Source of the DNA: a virus
Lineage: Duplodnaviria > Caudoviricetes
Virus record (IMG/VR): IMGVR_UViG_3300009466_000202
Location: 1 to 61,842 of that record
DNA length: 61,842 nucleotides
Strand: one strand, 5' to 3'
Shown: positions 19,781-29,493 of the stretch, piece by piece
Layout of the letters: each line of letters begins with the position of its first letter
Numbering within the stretch: position 1 is the stretch's first letter
Position numbers and translations under genes: made by a program
Notes under the pieces: generated by a model
Databases searched by the model: none
The model's input: only the letters and a program-made list of their open reading frames with translations
What the model was told of the DNA's origin: nothing

Positions 19781-20063
19781 AGCAAGAGATAATTTTAAAA
19801 CTAAAAATAAAAAACATTTTGTTACCATTGATGGAAAAACAGTGGAAGTATCTCTAGAACAAAAAATAGAAATTTTACAGTCGGGAGAAAGTGCATGGAA
19901 ATGGGAAAATAATGAAATTGTAAAAAAACCTCAGAAAAAACTAGGAAGATATTATACAGAGTTAACAAAAACAGATAAGGGTTATCATTTTATAGATTCG
20001 GATCCTTACTGGCCAAGCGAATTCAAAGAAGGAGGTTACACATGGCAACAACCTTCCGAGTAA
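19764..20063 (+). CDS. Hypothetical protein
   Basis: 99-aa ORF overlapping both neighbours in the operon. Confidence 0.55.
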   Translation: MPGFFEARDNFKTKNKKHFVTIDGKTVEVSLEQKIEILQSGESAWKWENNEIVKKPQKKLGRYYTELTKTDKGYHFIDSDPYWPSEFKEGGYTWQQPSE

Positions 20064-20935
20064 CCGATTTAGACTTTGTTTTTATCAGTTTCAGGGAACC
20101 CAATAAGGAGTACAATTATGCCGATCTGCTCAACAAAGTTCCTTGGGCCAAACGTGTGGACGGTGTCGTGGGATTCGACAACGCACATAAGGCCGCGGCC
20201 GAACTTTCCGAAACGGAGTTTTTTATCAGTATAGACGGTGATAACATATTAGATCCTAAATTTCTTTTAGAGACATTGGATTTTACAAAAACAGACCCAA
20301 CAGCAGTACATCGTTGGAGGGCACGTAATTCTGTCAATGGACTTGTATATGGCAACGGTGGTATAGTGGGATGGCCTAAAAAAACTTGTCTGCAGATGAA
20401 GACACACGAAAATGCCAACACAAAAGAAAACGAGATAGATTTTTGTTGGGGAGTGCCCCATGAGAATTTACATAATGTTTATTCAGAAACAGTTATAAAC
20501 AGTTCTCCGGATCAGGCGTTTGTGGCAGGATTCAGAGAAGGAGTCAAGATGAGTCTCGACAGAGGAGAAGTGATAAATCCTGCGGAATTCTTGGACAAGG
20601 TTCATAAACCCAATCTAAAAGTACTGACGACCTGGATGAGCGTGGGCTCCGATGTAGACAATGGTGATTATGCCATGTTAGGAGCAAGAATGGGGTGTTG
20701 GTATACCACAGTAAAAGGTATGGAACTCAAAAAGGTGAGAGACCTAGATTTTATAAGGGAGATTTATTTCAATAGAATCACGAATATTGAGGAAACTTTG
20801 CTTACTTACGGAAATTCTCTGAGACAGAGATTAGGCATACCGGTTGCCGATTTTGATGCGGATGAGAGTCGTTTTTTTAAATTCTGTCAACCACAATGGC
20901 GAAATAATGGAGTGCAAGACCGTGAACAAAAGTAA
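20042..20935 (+). CDS. GT-A-like glycosyltransferase
   Basis: LDFVFISFREPN, AHKAAAELSETEFFISIDGD (DxD) and AGFREGVKM. Confidence 0.65.
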   Translation: MATTFRVTDLDFVFISFREPNKEYNYADLLNKVPWAKRVDGVVGFDNAHKAAAELSETEFFISIDGDNILDPKFLLETLDFTKTDPTAVHRWRARNSVNGLVYGNGGIVGWPKKTCLQMKTHENANTKENEIDFCWGVPHENLHNVYSETVINSSPDQAFVAGFREGVKMSLDRGEVINPAEFLDKVHKPNLKVLTTWMSVGSDVDNGDYAMLGARMGCWYTTVKGMELKKVRDLDFIREIYFNRITNIEETLLTYGNSLRQRLGIPVADFDADESRFFKFCQPQWRNNGVQDREQK

Positions 20936-22289
20936 ATATAAATCTCAAGCGGAAGAAATTAAAAAAGAATTAGATTTCATATCGCCTTCCATGTGTTTGG
21001 CCAAATGGAATCAGGTATCCTTGCATCTACCAACAGGACTGACAAATTCTTGTTATCATCCTCCATTGCACGAGATAGATGCTTCGTTGTTGACAGATAA
21101 TCCGGCCGCGTTACACAACACAGAACAAAAGTTGGAACAGCGTCGGCAAATGATAAAAGGAGAAAGACCCACAGGGTGTTCCTATTGTTGGAAACTGGAA
21201 GATGCAGGAGAGATGTCGGACAGACATTATCGTTCTGGAGAACCCTGGGCATCGGAGGATTTAAAAAAAATCGCCGGCAATCCTTTTGATAAAAAACATG
21301 TGCCTCGTTACGTAGAGGTTAATTTTAATCATGCCTGCAACTTCAAATGCAGTTATTGTAGTCCTCAATTTTCTACAACTTGGGCACAGGAAATAGATAC
21401 CTATGGACACTACCCTACAGATCCACCACACAACTCATCCGAGCACTTCCAGGGTCGTAGACAACCTATACCCAACAGAGAATCAAATCCATACGTGGAA
21501 GCATTCTGGCGATGGTGGCCCGATCTGTATCCGCATTTAAAACACTTCCGTATGACGGGCGGAGAACCCATGATGGATAAAAATACCTATAGAGTATTTG
21601 ATTATATCATAAAAAATCCCAAAAAGGATCTACATCTCAATGTTACTTCCAATATGTGTCCTCCCGAAGACAAATTAAAGAACAAATATTTTGATCAAGT
21701 CAAAAGAATGTGCCTCGAGGAAAAAATAGAGCATTTTATGCAATTTGCATCAATAGATGCACATGGTAAAAGAGCAGAATACATACGTCACGGATTAAAT
21801 TATAATCGTTTCATGGACAATGTACATGAATTTTTACATCGTGTTCCTGTGCGTAATTCCATAACCTTCATTATCACGTACAATAATCTATCAGTGACTT
21901 CCTTGGAGCCGTTGTTAAAAGATATACAAAAATTGAGATCGGAACATTCTAAAGATTATCAGCGAGTGTGGTTTGACATACCACTATTGCGTCAACCAGA
22001 ATGGCAACAGATCACACTGTTACCCGAAGCATATCAGCAGATTCATCTCGAGAACATGGAATGGATGCAGGCAAATTCTGGCGAGGACAACTACAGTCAA
22101 TTCAAGGACTTCGAAGTTCAAAAAATGCAACGCAATTTAGCATATTGGCAAAAAAATTACGCTGACGATAAAACGCAAAAAAAGAACTTTTACGCATTTT
22201 TTAACGAACACGATCGCAGACGCAGAACAAACTTTTTAAACACATTTCCAGAAATGGACGAGTTTTGGCAGGAGTGTAAAAATCTATGA
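20922..22289 (+). CDS. Radical SAM enzyme 1 with N-terminal SPASM/Twitch-like domain
   Basis: CNFKCSYC, GGEP and N-terminal CLAKW..SCYHPP..CSYCW; start refined to GTG 20922. Confidence 0.9.
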   Translation: MNKSKYKSQAEEIKKELDFISPSMCLAKWNQVSLHLPTGLTNSCYHPPLHEIDASLLTDNPAALHNTEQKLEQRRQMIKGERPTGCSYCWKLEDAGEMSDRHYRSGEPWASEDLKKIAGNPFDKKHVPRYVEVNFNHACNFKCSYCSPQFSTTWAQEIDTYGHYPTDPPHNSSEHFQGRRQPIPNRESNPYVEAFWRWWPDLYPHLKHFRMTGGEPMMDKNTYRVFDYIIKNPKKDLHLNVTSNMCPPEDKLKNKYFDQVKRMCLEEKIEHFMQFASIDAHGKRAEYIRHGLNYNRFMDNVHEFLHRVPVRNSITFIITYNNLSVTSLEPLLKDIQKLRSEHSKDYQRVWFDIPLLRQPEWQQITLLPEAYQQIHLENMEWMQANSGEDNYSQFKDFEVQKMQRNLAYWQKNYADDKTQKKNFYAFFNEHDRRRRTNFLNTFPEMDEFWQECKNL

Positions 22290-22900
22290 AAACAATAGGT
22301 TATTTTGGAGATAGTTTCTGTGCCGGAAGAGAATCGGAGAGCTGGTGTGTACTTTTATCAAAAAAATTAAATGCTAATATAGTACATTGGGGAGAGCCGG
22401 GTAGAAGTGTATGGACCTCTATGATAAAATTTAATAGATTAAACCAACAAGGTCGTTTACCAGATATTTGTATATTCTGTTGGAGCGAACCTTATAGATT
22501 ATATCACCCTTCTCTTATTCTAAGTGCAAATACACAACCGTTGCCAGAAGTGGATCCTAGAGTGTACAAAGCATTAGACGATTATTGGAAATACCTACAT
22601 TCTTATGAAAAAGACGAACTTGTTTATGAATATTCTATAAAATGGTTCGACCAAAATATATTGTCAAACATAGATAAAAAAATTATTCAAATGTGGAGTT
22701 TTAAACCTTTCGAAACTGCAAATAAGAATATTGATATCCATTTAACAACAGGAACATTTATTAATGAAAGTATGTTTGCTTTTTCAAAAAAAGACGGAGT
22801 TGAACCAGGAGGTTGGGGACCTGGCACAATTAATCATATGACAATAGAACAAAATAAACAATGGGCAGAGAAAGTATATGAAAGATATAAATTATCGTAG
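22286..22900 (+). CDS. SGNH/GDSL-like hydrolase or acyltransferase
   Basis: GYFGDSF block I and C-terminal INHM. Confidence 0.6.
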   Translation: MKTIGYFGDSFCAGRESESWCVLLSKKLNANIVHWGEPGRSVWTSMIKFNRLNQQGRLPDICIFCWSEPYRLYHPSLILSANTQPLPEVDPRVYKALDDYWKYLHSYEKDELVYEYSIKWFDQNILSNIDKKIIQMWSFKPFETANKNIDIHLTTGTFINESMFAFSKKDGVEPGGWGPGTINHMTIEQNKQWAEKVYERYKLS

Positions 22901-24224
22901 AAAAATATTAGATTCATTATCTCCTTCGTTTTGTGGAGCAAAATGGTACAACGCCACTATATGGTTAGGATCTGGGATGACTACAAGTTGTCACCATCCA
23001 CCAGCACACAAAGTTGATCTTGCTAAAGTAACGCAGAACCCAAAACTGCTACACAACACTCCGCAAAAGAAGCAGGATCGTGCCAAGATGATTGCGGGCG
23101 AAAGACCTGCAGGTTGTGAGTATTGTTGGAAGATAGAAGATATGGGCAGAGATGCTGTGAGCGATCGTGTCTATAAGAGTCGAATTTACAAAACAGAAGA
23201 TTTACACACTGCTAAAAACACCCCTATTACAGATGATGTAGATTTAAAGACACTAGAAATTGCGTTTGACAGGACCTGCAACTTCGCTTGTTCGTATTGC
23301 AATCCTGCATTCTCAACCACGTGGGTGAGGGATATCAAACAGAAGGGTCCATACCAGAATTTGATATCGGATGGTAGAAACCATTTCACTCACCCACACG
23401 ATGGCGCACAGTTATACAAACAGGACGAGACCAATCCCTATGTGGAAGCATTTTTTAAATGGTGGGATTCTGATCTACACAGAACATTAGAGGAATTACG
23501 AATAACGGGCGGAGAGCCAATGATGTCTCCACATCTATGGAGATTGCTGGATTGGTTTGAAACCGAAAAACACAGAGTGAATCCCAATATGAGATTTGCT
23601 ATTAATTCTAATCTTGTACCTAAACGAGATTTGTTTTCTAAATTTATTGAGAAATGTAAAAATGTTCCTAATTTACACATATACACTTCTAATGAAGCCA
23701 CGTTTGCCCAGTCGGATTATATTAGAGATGGTATGAATTTTTCAGAATGGTACATGAACTTTGCTAATATTATTAATCAATTGAAGCCTGCAGGGGTTCA
23801 TAATATGTGTACTATAAATGCATTGTGTCTCGAATCACTGCCCGAGTTCTTGGACAAAATTGTTGAAAATAAAATTAGTGCCAAAAGAGTATATGGTGTC
23901 GATGTAAATTTTACTTTAAATATTTTGAGATTTCCTAGTTTTCAATCTCCGTTGGTGTTACCAGACACACTAAGAACTGAATTTAAAAACAATCTTAATG
24001 ATTGGTTATCTAGACAGATAGATTATCTGGAACCCATGGAGGTAGCACATACGCAAAGATTGATAGATTATCTCGATATAGTAAAAACACCGCATTCTGA
24101 ATCGTTTGATTTACCAAGACTGAGATCAGATTTCAAAAATTTTTATAAACAATATAATGAGAGACGGGGTAAAAATTTAATCAAAACGTTTCCAAAAATA
24201 GGAGAGTGGTATAATGGCTTATGA
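22878..24224 (+). CDS. Radical SAM enzyme 2 with N-terminal SPASM/Twitch-like domain
   Basis: CNFACSYC, GGEP and CGAKW..SCHHPP..CEYCW. Confidence 0.9.
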   Translation: MKDINYRRKILDSLSPSFCGAKWYNATIWLGSGMTTSCHHPPAHKVDLAKVTQNPKLLHNTPQKKQDRAKMIAGERPAGCEYCWKIEDMGRDAVSDRVYKSRIYKTEDLHTAKNTPITDDVDLKTLEIAFDRTCNFACSYCNPAFSTTWVRDIKQKGPYQNLISDGRNHFTHPHDGAQLYKQDETNPYVEAFFKWWDSDLHRTLEELRITGGEPMMSPHLWRLLDWFETEKHRVNPNMRFAINSNLVPKRDLFSKFIEKCKNVPNLHIYTSNEATFAQSDYIRDGMNFSEWYMNFANIINQLKPAGVHNMCTINALCLESLPEFLDKIVENKISAKRVYGVDVNFTLNILRFPSFQSPLVLPDTLRTEFKNNLNDWLSRQIDYLEPMEVAHTQRLIDYLDIVKTPHSESFDLPRLRSDFKNFYKQYNERRGKNLIKTFPKIGEWYNGL

Positions 24225-25515
24225 GTATGGTGCTAAAGAACCAGTAAAATTAAAAATAAAAGACATGACAGATAAACAGAAAGAACTGTTGTTGGATTCC
24301 GATACATTTTGTATGTTACCATGGATGCATCTCCATGCATATCCAGACGGCCGTGCCTATCCTTGCTGTTTCGCCTTTGATGCATATCACGTGGGTAATC
24401 TAAATCAAAATAGTTTAGAGGAAGTTTTTAATGGTGAAAAGATGAAAAAGATGCGTCTCAATATGTTGGAGAATAAACCTTGCAAGGAATGTGGCAAGTG
24501 TTATGACCAGGAAAAGGCAGGTTTCTTCTCTCTGCGTCTAAGTTCAAATAAACATTTTGGACACAACATAGATCTTGTGGAATCAACACAGCCAGACGGC
24601 TCTGCAGATTTTATAATCAAATATTGGGATATACGTTTTTCAAATCTGTGTAATATGGCCTGCCGTAGTTGTGGCACTTGGTTCTCGTCTAACTGGTATG
24701 AAGATCATAAGAAGTTAACTGGACGTCCACCAGATCACGCAAAAATTCTTAAAGTGGGAAGATCTTCAGATGATATGTGGGAACAGATGTTAGCACAGTT
24801 TGATCACGTGGAGCAGTTTTATTTTGCCGGAGGCGAACCGCTCATTATGGAAGAACATTATAGGATATTGAAAGAATTAGATCGTAGAAAAATGTATCAC
24901 GTGAGATTGATATACAACACAAACTTTTCTAAACTTAAATTTAAAGATATGGATGTGTTGGAGTTATGGAATAAATTTGATTCAGTATCGGTTGGAGCAA
25001 GTCTTGATGCCGAGGGAGCCAGAGCAGAACTTATGCGTAAAGGCACGAAGTGGGAAGAAACAGTGGCCAATAGAAAAAAGATGATGGAAGTATGTCCTAA
25101 AGTAGACTTTTATATCAGTGCCACAGTGGGATTGATAAATGCACTCCACGTAACTGATTTCCATAAGAGTTGGACAGAGCAAGGTTTGATCAAAGCACAG
25201 GATTTTAACTTTAATTTACTACAATGGCCTAAATGGCAAAGGATGGATAATCTTCCACAGGAATACAAGGAGCAAGTAGATAAAAAATACAAGGAACATA
25301 TAGAATGGCTCAAAGACAAAGACCCATTAACAAGAGCGATCAAAGGATATCAAAGTGCTCTTAATTGGATGTGGATGAAAGATAATACAAAAAATTTAGA
25401 ATTATTTTTTGAACAGACAAGAAAATATGACGCAATAAGAAATGAAAATATTATAGAGGTGTTTCCTGAATTAAAAGATTTATTTGACAAATATGAAAAG
25501 AATAAAACCGTCTGA
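24214..25515 (+). CDS. Radical SAM enzyme 3 with N-terminal SPASM/Twitch-like domain
   Basis: CNMACRSC, GGEP and CMLPWMH..PCC..CGKC. Confidence 0.9.
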   Translation: MAYEYGAKEPVKLKIKDMTDKQKELLLDSDTFCMLPWMHLHAYPDGRAYPCCFAFDAYHVGNLNQNSLEEVFNGEKMKKMRLNMLENKPCKECGKCYDQEKAGFFSLRLSSNKHFGHNIDLVESTQPDGSADFIIKYWDIRFSNLCNMACRSCGTWFSSNWYEDHKKLTGRPPDHAKILKVGRSSDDMWEQMLAQFDHVEQFYFAGGEPLIMEEHYRILKELDRRKMYHVRLIYNTNFSKLKFKDMDVLELWNKFDSVSVGASLDAEGARAELMRKGTKWEETVANRKKMMEVCPKVDFYISATVGLINALHVTDFHKSWTEQGLIKAQDFNFNLLQWPKWQRMDNLPQEYKEQVDKKYKEHIEWLKDKDPLTRAIKGYQSALNWMWMKDNTKNLELFFEQTRKYDAIRNENIIEVFPELKDLFDKYEKNKTV

Positions 25516-26797
25516 GGGTAACGAAACATTCTGCATGGCGCCGTGGACGCACACCTATCTGTCTCCACAGACCGAGAGAAGAATGTGCTGTGCTTCACGC
25601 GAACCAGCACAAAGTTTCCGACAATACATTGACCGAGAAGGTGAATTAAAAGAATATAGACCAGAAACATTGGAACAACATTGGAACAATCCACATATGA
25701 GAAGTGTGCGAAGACGTATGTTAGAAGGGGAAACATTACCTGAATGCGAAGTATGTAATGATAAACTGCTCAATACAGATGTATATAGAAGTTATTTTAA
25801 TAATCTTTTTGGGAATAAAATAGATCAAGCATACGAAAGTACAGACGACACAGGATATACTACAATGAAAACTGTGAGCTTTGATTATCGTTTCAATAAT
25901 CTTTGTAACTTTAAATGTCGTCAATGCGGAGATATGCTTTCTAGCAGTTGGGAAGCAGAACAGAGGAACCACGATATGTGGTCACCAGAGCGTCAACCTT
26001 GGATGGCACCCCCTCTACGACAGGAGATCTCTTATTTTCAAGATGGGCAAGTGGTCCGAGAATTTATGGATGCTGTGGAACAGAAAAGAATGGAAGAGAT
26101 CTATTGGGTGGGTGGAGAACCATTAATGTGGGAGATACATTGGAAAGCCATGTCACGCATCATTGAGTTAGGATATACTGATAAAGTATACGTGAGATAT
26201 AATACTAATCTAAGCAGAACGGAATTTCGAGGGCAAAAACTTTTTGAGATGTTACCTAAATTCCGAGATTGGCAGGTATGTGCTTCTATCGATGGTACAG
26301 GAGAAATAGGAGAGTATATTAGAACTGGATTAGATTACAATAAATTTATTGAGAACTTTAGAGAAGGATTAGCAGTAACAAGAAATAAACGACAGATGCA
26401 GTTGGATTTTACAATTACAATGCCAGGCTTACAAGAAATAAGAAATATGTTTGATTTGAGCCAACAATTAAATGCCAAACTGTTGACTAAGGTCACATTT
26501 GCTTTTGATTCACAACAGATAATGTCACCTATGTGTTTACCAAAAACTTTATTAAATGAAATTATTGACGAGTGTCTAGATTATATTAAACCGAGGGTTA
26601 CACCACTACAACAGAGTTTGGTAGATGTTTTAGAACATATGAAAACAAGACCCACGTTCTGGGAAGAGTTTCCAAAAGCAGAAATAGGCATACGCTCGGG
26701 CAAGGCAAGATGCGAAAAAATTGACAGAATACGAAAAACAAATATTAAACAAATATTAACAGATAAAAGGTTATTGGAATGGTGGACAAATATATAA
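25493..26797 (+). CDS. Radical SAM enzyme 4 with N-terminal SPASM/Twitch-like domain
   Basis: CNFKCRQC, GGEP and CMAPWTH..MCC..CEVC. Confidence 0.9.
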   Translation: MKRIKPSEGNETFCMAPWTHTYLSPQTERRMCCASREPAQSFRQYIDREGELKEYRPETLEQHWNNPHMRSVRRRMLEGETLPECEVCNDKLLNTDVYRSYFNNLFGNKIDQAYESTDDTGYTTMKTVSFDYRFNNLCNFKCRQCGDMLSSSWEAEQRNHDMWSPERQPWMAPPLRQEISYFQDGQVVREFMDAVEQKRMEEIYWVGGEPLMWEIHWKAMSRIIELGYTDKVYVRYNTNLSRTEFRGQKLFEMLPKFRDWQVCASIDGTGEIGEYIRTGLDYNKFIENFREGLAVTRNKRQMQLDFTITMPGLQEIRNMFDLSQQLNAKLLTKVTFAFDSQQIMSPMCLPKTLLNEIIDECLDYIKPRVTPLQQSLVDVLEHMKTRPTFWEEFPKAEIGIRSGKARCEKIDRIRKTNIKQILTDKRLLEWWTNI

Positions 26798-27945
26798 AAT
26801 CTAATATATGTGTGTTACCATGGACGCACCTAGAAATAGATGTGAATGGATCAGCATCACCTTGTTGTTTATATAAAGGTACTATAGACAAATATAAAGT
26901 TTATGAAACAGATTTAAAATCCATACAACAATCAGATTACATGAACAATTTAAGAGATCGTTTTAGATCTGGAGAAAAACCACCAGGGTGTGCTAACTGC
27001 TGGATGGAGGAGGATGCTGGTAAAATATCAAAAAGACAAAACTCAATTTATAAAATGAAAAATAGTTTAAAAGACTGGACTCCCGACAGCGAGCCAAAAT
27101 TGCAATTCATTGATTTTAAGTTAGGCAATGTATGCAATTTAAAATGTAGAATATGTGGTAGTTGGAGTTCTAGCAAATGGGCACAAGAAGAGTTGGATTA
27201 TGGACCCAATGATTTAGCACGTAAACAATTACTCGAAGGCGGGTGGCCCAAGCGAAATCCTCAATTTTTTGAAGACATAAAAAATGTTTTAGCAGATGTA
27301 GAATACTTTGAATTTACAGGTGGCGAACCTTTTATGATACAAAATCATCTTCGTATATTAGAACATTGTGTTGAACAAGGATATGCCAAAAACCAAGATA
27401 TACACTATAATACCAATGGAACACAATTACCTGATGATAAAATATTCAAATTATTAAGTAATTTTAAACACATCGAGGTTGCATTTAGTATCGATGATGT
27501 AGGAGATCAATTTGAATATCAAAGACATCCAGCAAATTGGAAAGAAGTAAATGAAAATATTCATCAGTGGAAATCCAAAAATCCGGGTAATATAGATTTT
27601 CAAATATGCAGTACTATAAGCATATTTAATATTTTCAGTTTGGCAAAAATTATACTATGGGTAAAACAAATAAATCCAAAATATTTTTATGTTAATACTT
27701 GCTTCGACCCGGAATATTTTTGTGTACAAACACTACCACAACAAGTCAAGGCAATTGCTACAGAACGTTATAGCGACATCAAAGAATTTCGAGGTATTAT
27801 AGATTTTATGAATTCTTCAGATAGATATACAGACATAATTCAGCAACAAAGAAAACAAAGAATATTACAAGCAGATCGTTATAGAAAAGAAAATTTCTCT
27901 TTGATATTTCCAACTTTAAATAACTTACTAAACATTTATGAATAA
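26779..27945 (+). CDS. Radical SAM enzyme 5 with N-terminal SPASM/Twitch-like domain
   Basis: CNLKCRIC, GGEP and CVLPWTH..PCC..CANCW. Confidence 0.9.
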   Translation: MVDKYIKSNICVLPWTHLEIDVNGSASPCCLYKGTIDKYKVYETDLKSIQQSDYMNNLRDRFRSGEKPPGCANCWMEEDAGKISKRQNSIYKMKNSLKDWTPDSEPKLQFIDFKLGNVCNLKCRICGSWSSSKWAQEELDYGPNDLARKQLLEGGWPKRNPQFFEDIKNVLADVEYFEFTGGEPFMIQNHLRILEHCVEQGYAKNQDIHYNTNGTQLPDDKIFKLLSNFKHIEVAFSIDDVGDQFEYQRHPANWKEVNENIHQWKSKNPGNIDFQICSTISIFNIFSLAKIILWVKQINPKYFYVNTCFDPEYFCVQTLPQQVKAIATERYSDIKEFRGIIDFMNSSDRYTDIIQQQRKQRILQADRYRKENFSLIFPTLNNLLNIYE

Positions 27946-28732
27946 AAAAATACTTTCAGGTGGATGTTCGTTTACATTTGGTAATGAATTATCAGACGAC
28001 GATGGAAAAACCCCTTCAAAAAACTCTTGGGCAAGTTTAATGGCTAAACAAAATGATTGCGAACATATTTGCCTTGCAAAAGGAGGCATAGGAAATTCGG
28101 GTATTGCAAGAAAAATATTTCAATATATTTCTAACAATGATATGAATAATACGTCGGTATTAGTAATGTGGACTTTTTGTTCGAGATATGACTGGGCAAT
28201 GCCTCGTCATAGAAGTTTAGAAGATACAAGATGGGCAACTATAACTCCATGGGATACTACTATCAATCAAAAAGAGGTGTACGAAAAATTAAAAGATAAT
28301 AAAATTGTATTGGACGATTGGAAAAAAAGATTAAAAATTTTTGAAGAGAACAATGTAATGCCTTTTGCTGATGCTTTATACAAGTATGCCGCAAATAGAT
28401 ATCACGAGATCTATCTTAGTTGGAAGAGTATAATTTGGCTACAAAATATTTTAGAAAAGAAAAATATATCATATATGTTCACTCTAGCAGATAATACTCT
28501 TTTTTATGACGAGTTTAAACTAGTAAACGATAAAGACGAATTACTAACTTCATTATATAATGAAATTGATTTTTCAAAATGGTTTAGTTTTGGAGAAAGA
28601 TTAATGGGATTTAACCAATGGGCGTCGCTAAATGATTATGAATATGCTACTACCCACCCATTAGATAAAGCACATCAAGATGCTGTGAAATTAATGCAAG
28701 ATAAATTCAAACAAATAATCAAAGGAGAATAA
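27938..28732 (+). CDS. SGNH-like hydrolase or acyltransferase
   Basis: SGGCSFTFG block I, GIGNSGI block II and C-terminal THPLDKAH. Confidence 0.6.
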   Translation: MNKKILSGGCSFTFGNELSDDDGKTPSKNSWASLMAKQNDCEHICLAKGGIGNSGIARKIFQYISNNDMNNTSVLVMWTFCSRYDWAMPRHRSLEDTRWATITPWDTTINQKEVYEKLKDNKIVLDDWKKRLKIFEENNVMPFADALYKYAANRYHEIYLSWKSIIWLQNILEKKNISYMFTLADNTLFYDEFKLVNDKDELLTSLYNEIDFSKWFSFGERLMGFNQWASLNDYEYATTHPLDKAHQDAVKLMQDKFKQIIKGE

Positions 28733-28733
28733 C

Positions 28734-28838
28734 ATGATAAAATGGATAAAATCTCTAATTACAAAAATCAAGCAGGAATTAGCCTATAGAAAAAGATTGA
28801 GAGATTTAAAAAAGAAAGATCCTTTCATCTACAAGTAG
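28734..28838 (+). CDS. Small basic peptide (34 aa; not in ORF track)
   Basis: MIKWIKSLITKIKQELAYRKRLRDLKKKDPFIYK; AAAGGAG RBS; fills the gap exactly. Confidence 0.7.
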   Translation: MIKWIKSLITKIKQELAYRKRLRDLKKKDPFIYK

Positions 28839-28839
28839 A

Positions 28840-29493
28840 ATGAAGAAAGTAAACAACTGGTACCTACCTGATTATGACAAACACTATGAGGAGTGGATGA
28901 ATGCCAATGGTGAAAAAACCTATCAGAGGCCACAGAGAGAGTTTGCTCTGAACAAAGTTAAAAAGTTTAGGAGAGCCATAGACATTGGAGGCAACATAGG
29001 ATTTTGGAGTCACGATTTTTGTCAAAGATTCGAAGATGTACAGATATTCGAACCGGACAGTTCTAATTTGGAATGCCTGCGAGCAAACATAGATTCCTTT
29101 ACTAACTTTACCATACACGAGGTAGGATTGGGCAAAGAAAAGATAACGAAGAAATTTTACACTTCTCCAACGACATCCGGAGGACACAGTTTCTATAGAG
29201 ATCAGATATTTGAGGAAGTTGTGGGACAGACCGAATGCGATATACACGTATTAGATGATTACAATTTTACTGATGTGGATCTCATCAAGATAGACACACA
29301 GGGCAGTGAATATGACATATTACAAGGAGCAAAGAACACATTGATCGACAACGATCCTATACTCAATGTTGAGATCGAACACAAGAACGAACAACAGAGA
29401 GAACGCGGTCGATTAATCATCAGTTTCTTGAACGGGCTAGGTTACAAAGAGCGAGGACGTTCTAGGAAGAAAGAAGTTGTATTCAGCAAATGA
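28840..29493 (+). CDS. FkbM-family SAM-dependent methyltransferase
   Basis: AIDIGGNIG, FEP and DLIKIDTQGSEYDILQGA. Confidence 0.85.
   Translation: MKKVNNWYLPDYDKHYEEWMNANGEKTYQRPQREFALNKVKKFRRAIDIGGNIGFWSHDFCQRFEDVQIFEPDSSNLECLRANIDSFTNFTIHEVGLGKEKITKKFYTSPTTSGGHSFYRDQIFEEVVGQTECDIHVLDDYNFTDVDLIKIDTQGSEYDILQGAKNTLIDNDPILNVEIEHKNEQQRERGRLIISFLNGLGYKERGRSRKKEVVFSK

Noticed and set aside
20922-28838. A RiPP (ranthipeptide/sactipeptide) cluster
   Set aside because: No RRE/PqqD domain, Cys-rich precursor, peptidase or exporter is visible, and the surrounding genes are sugar enzymes. Kept only as a minor alternative.
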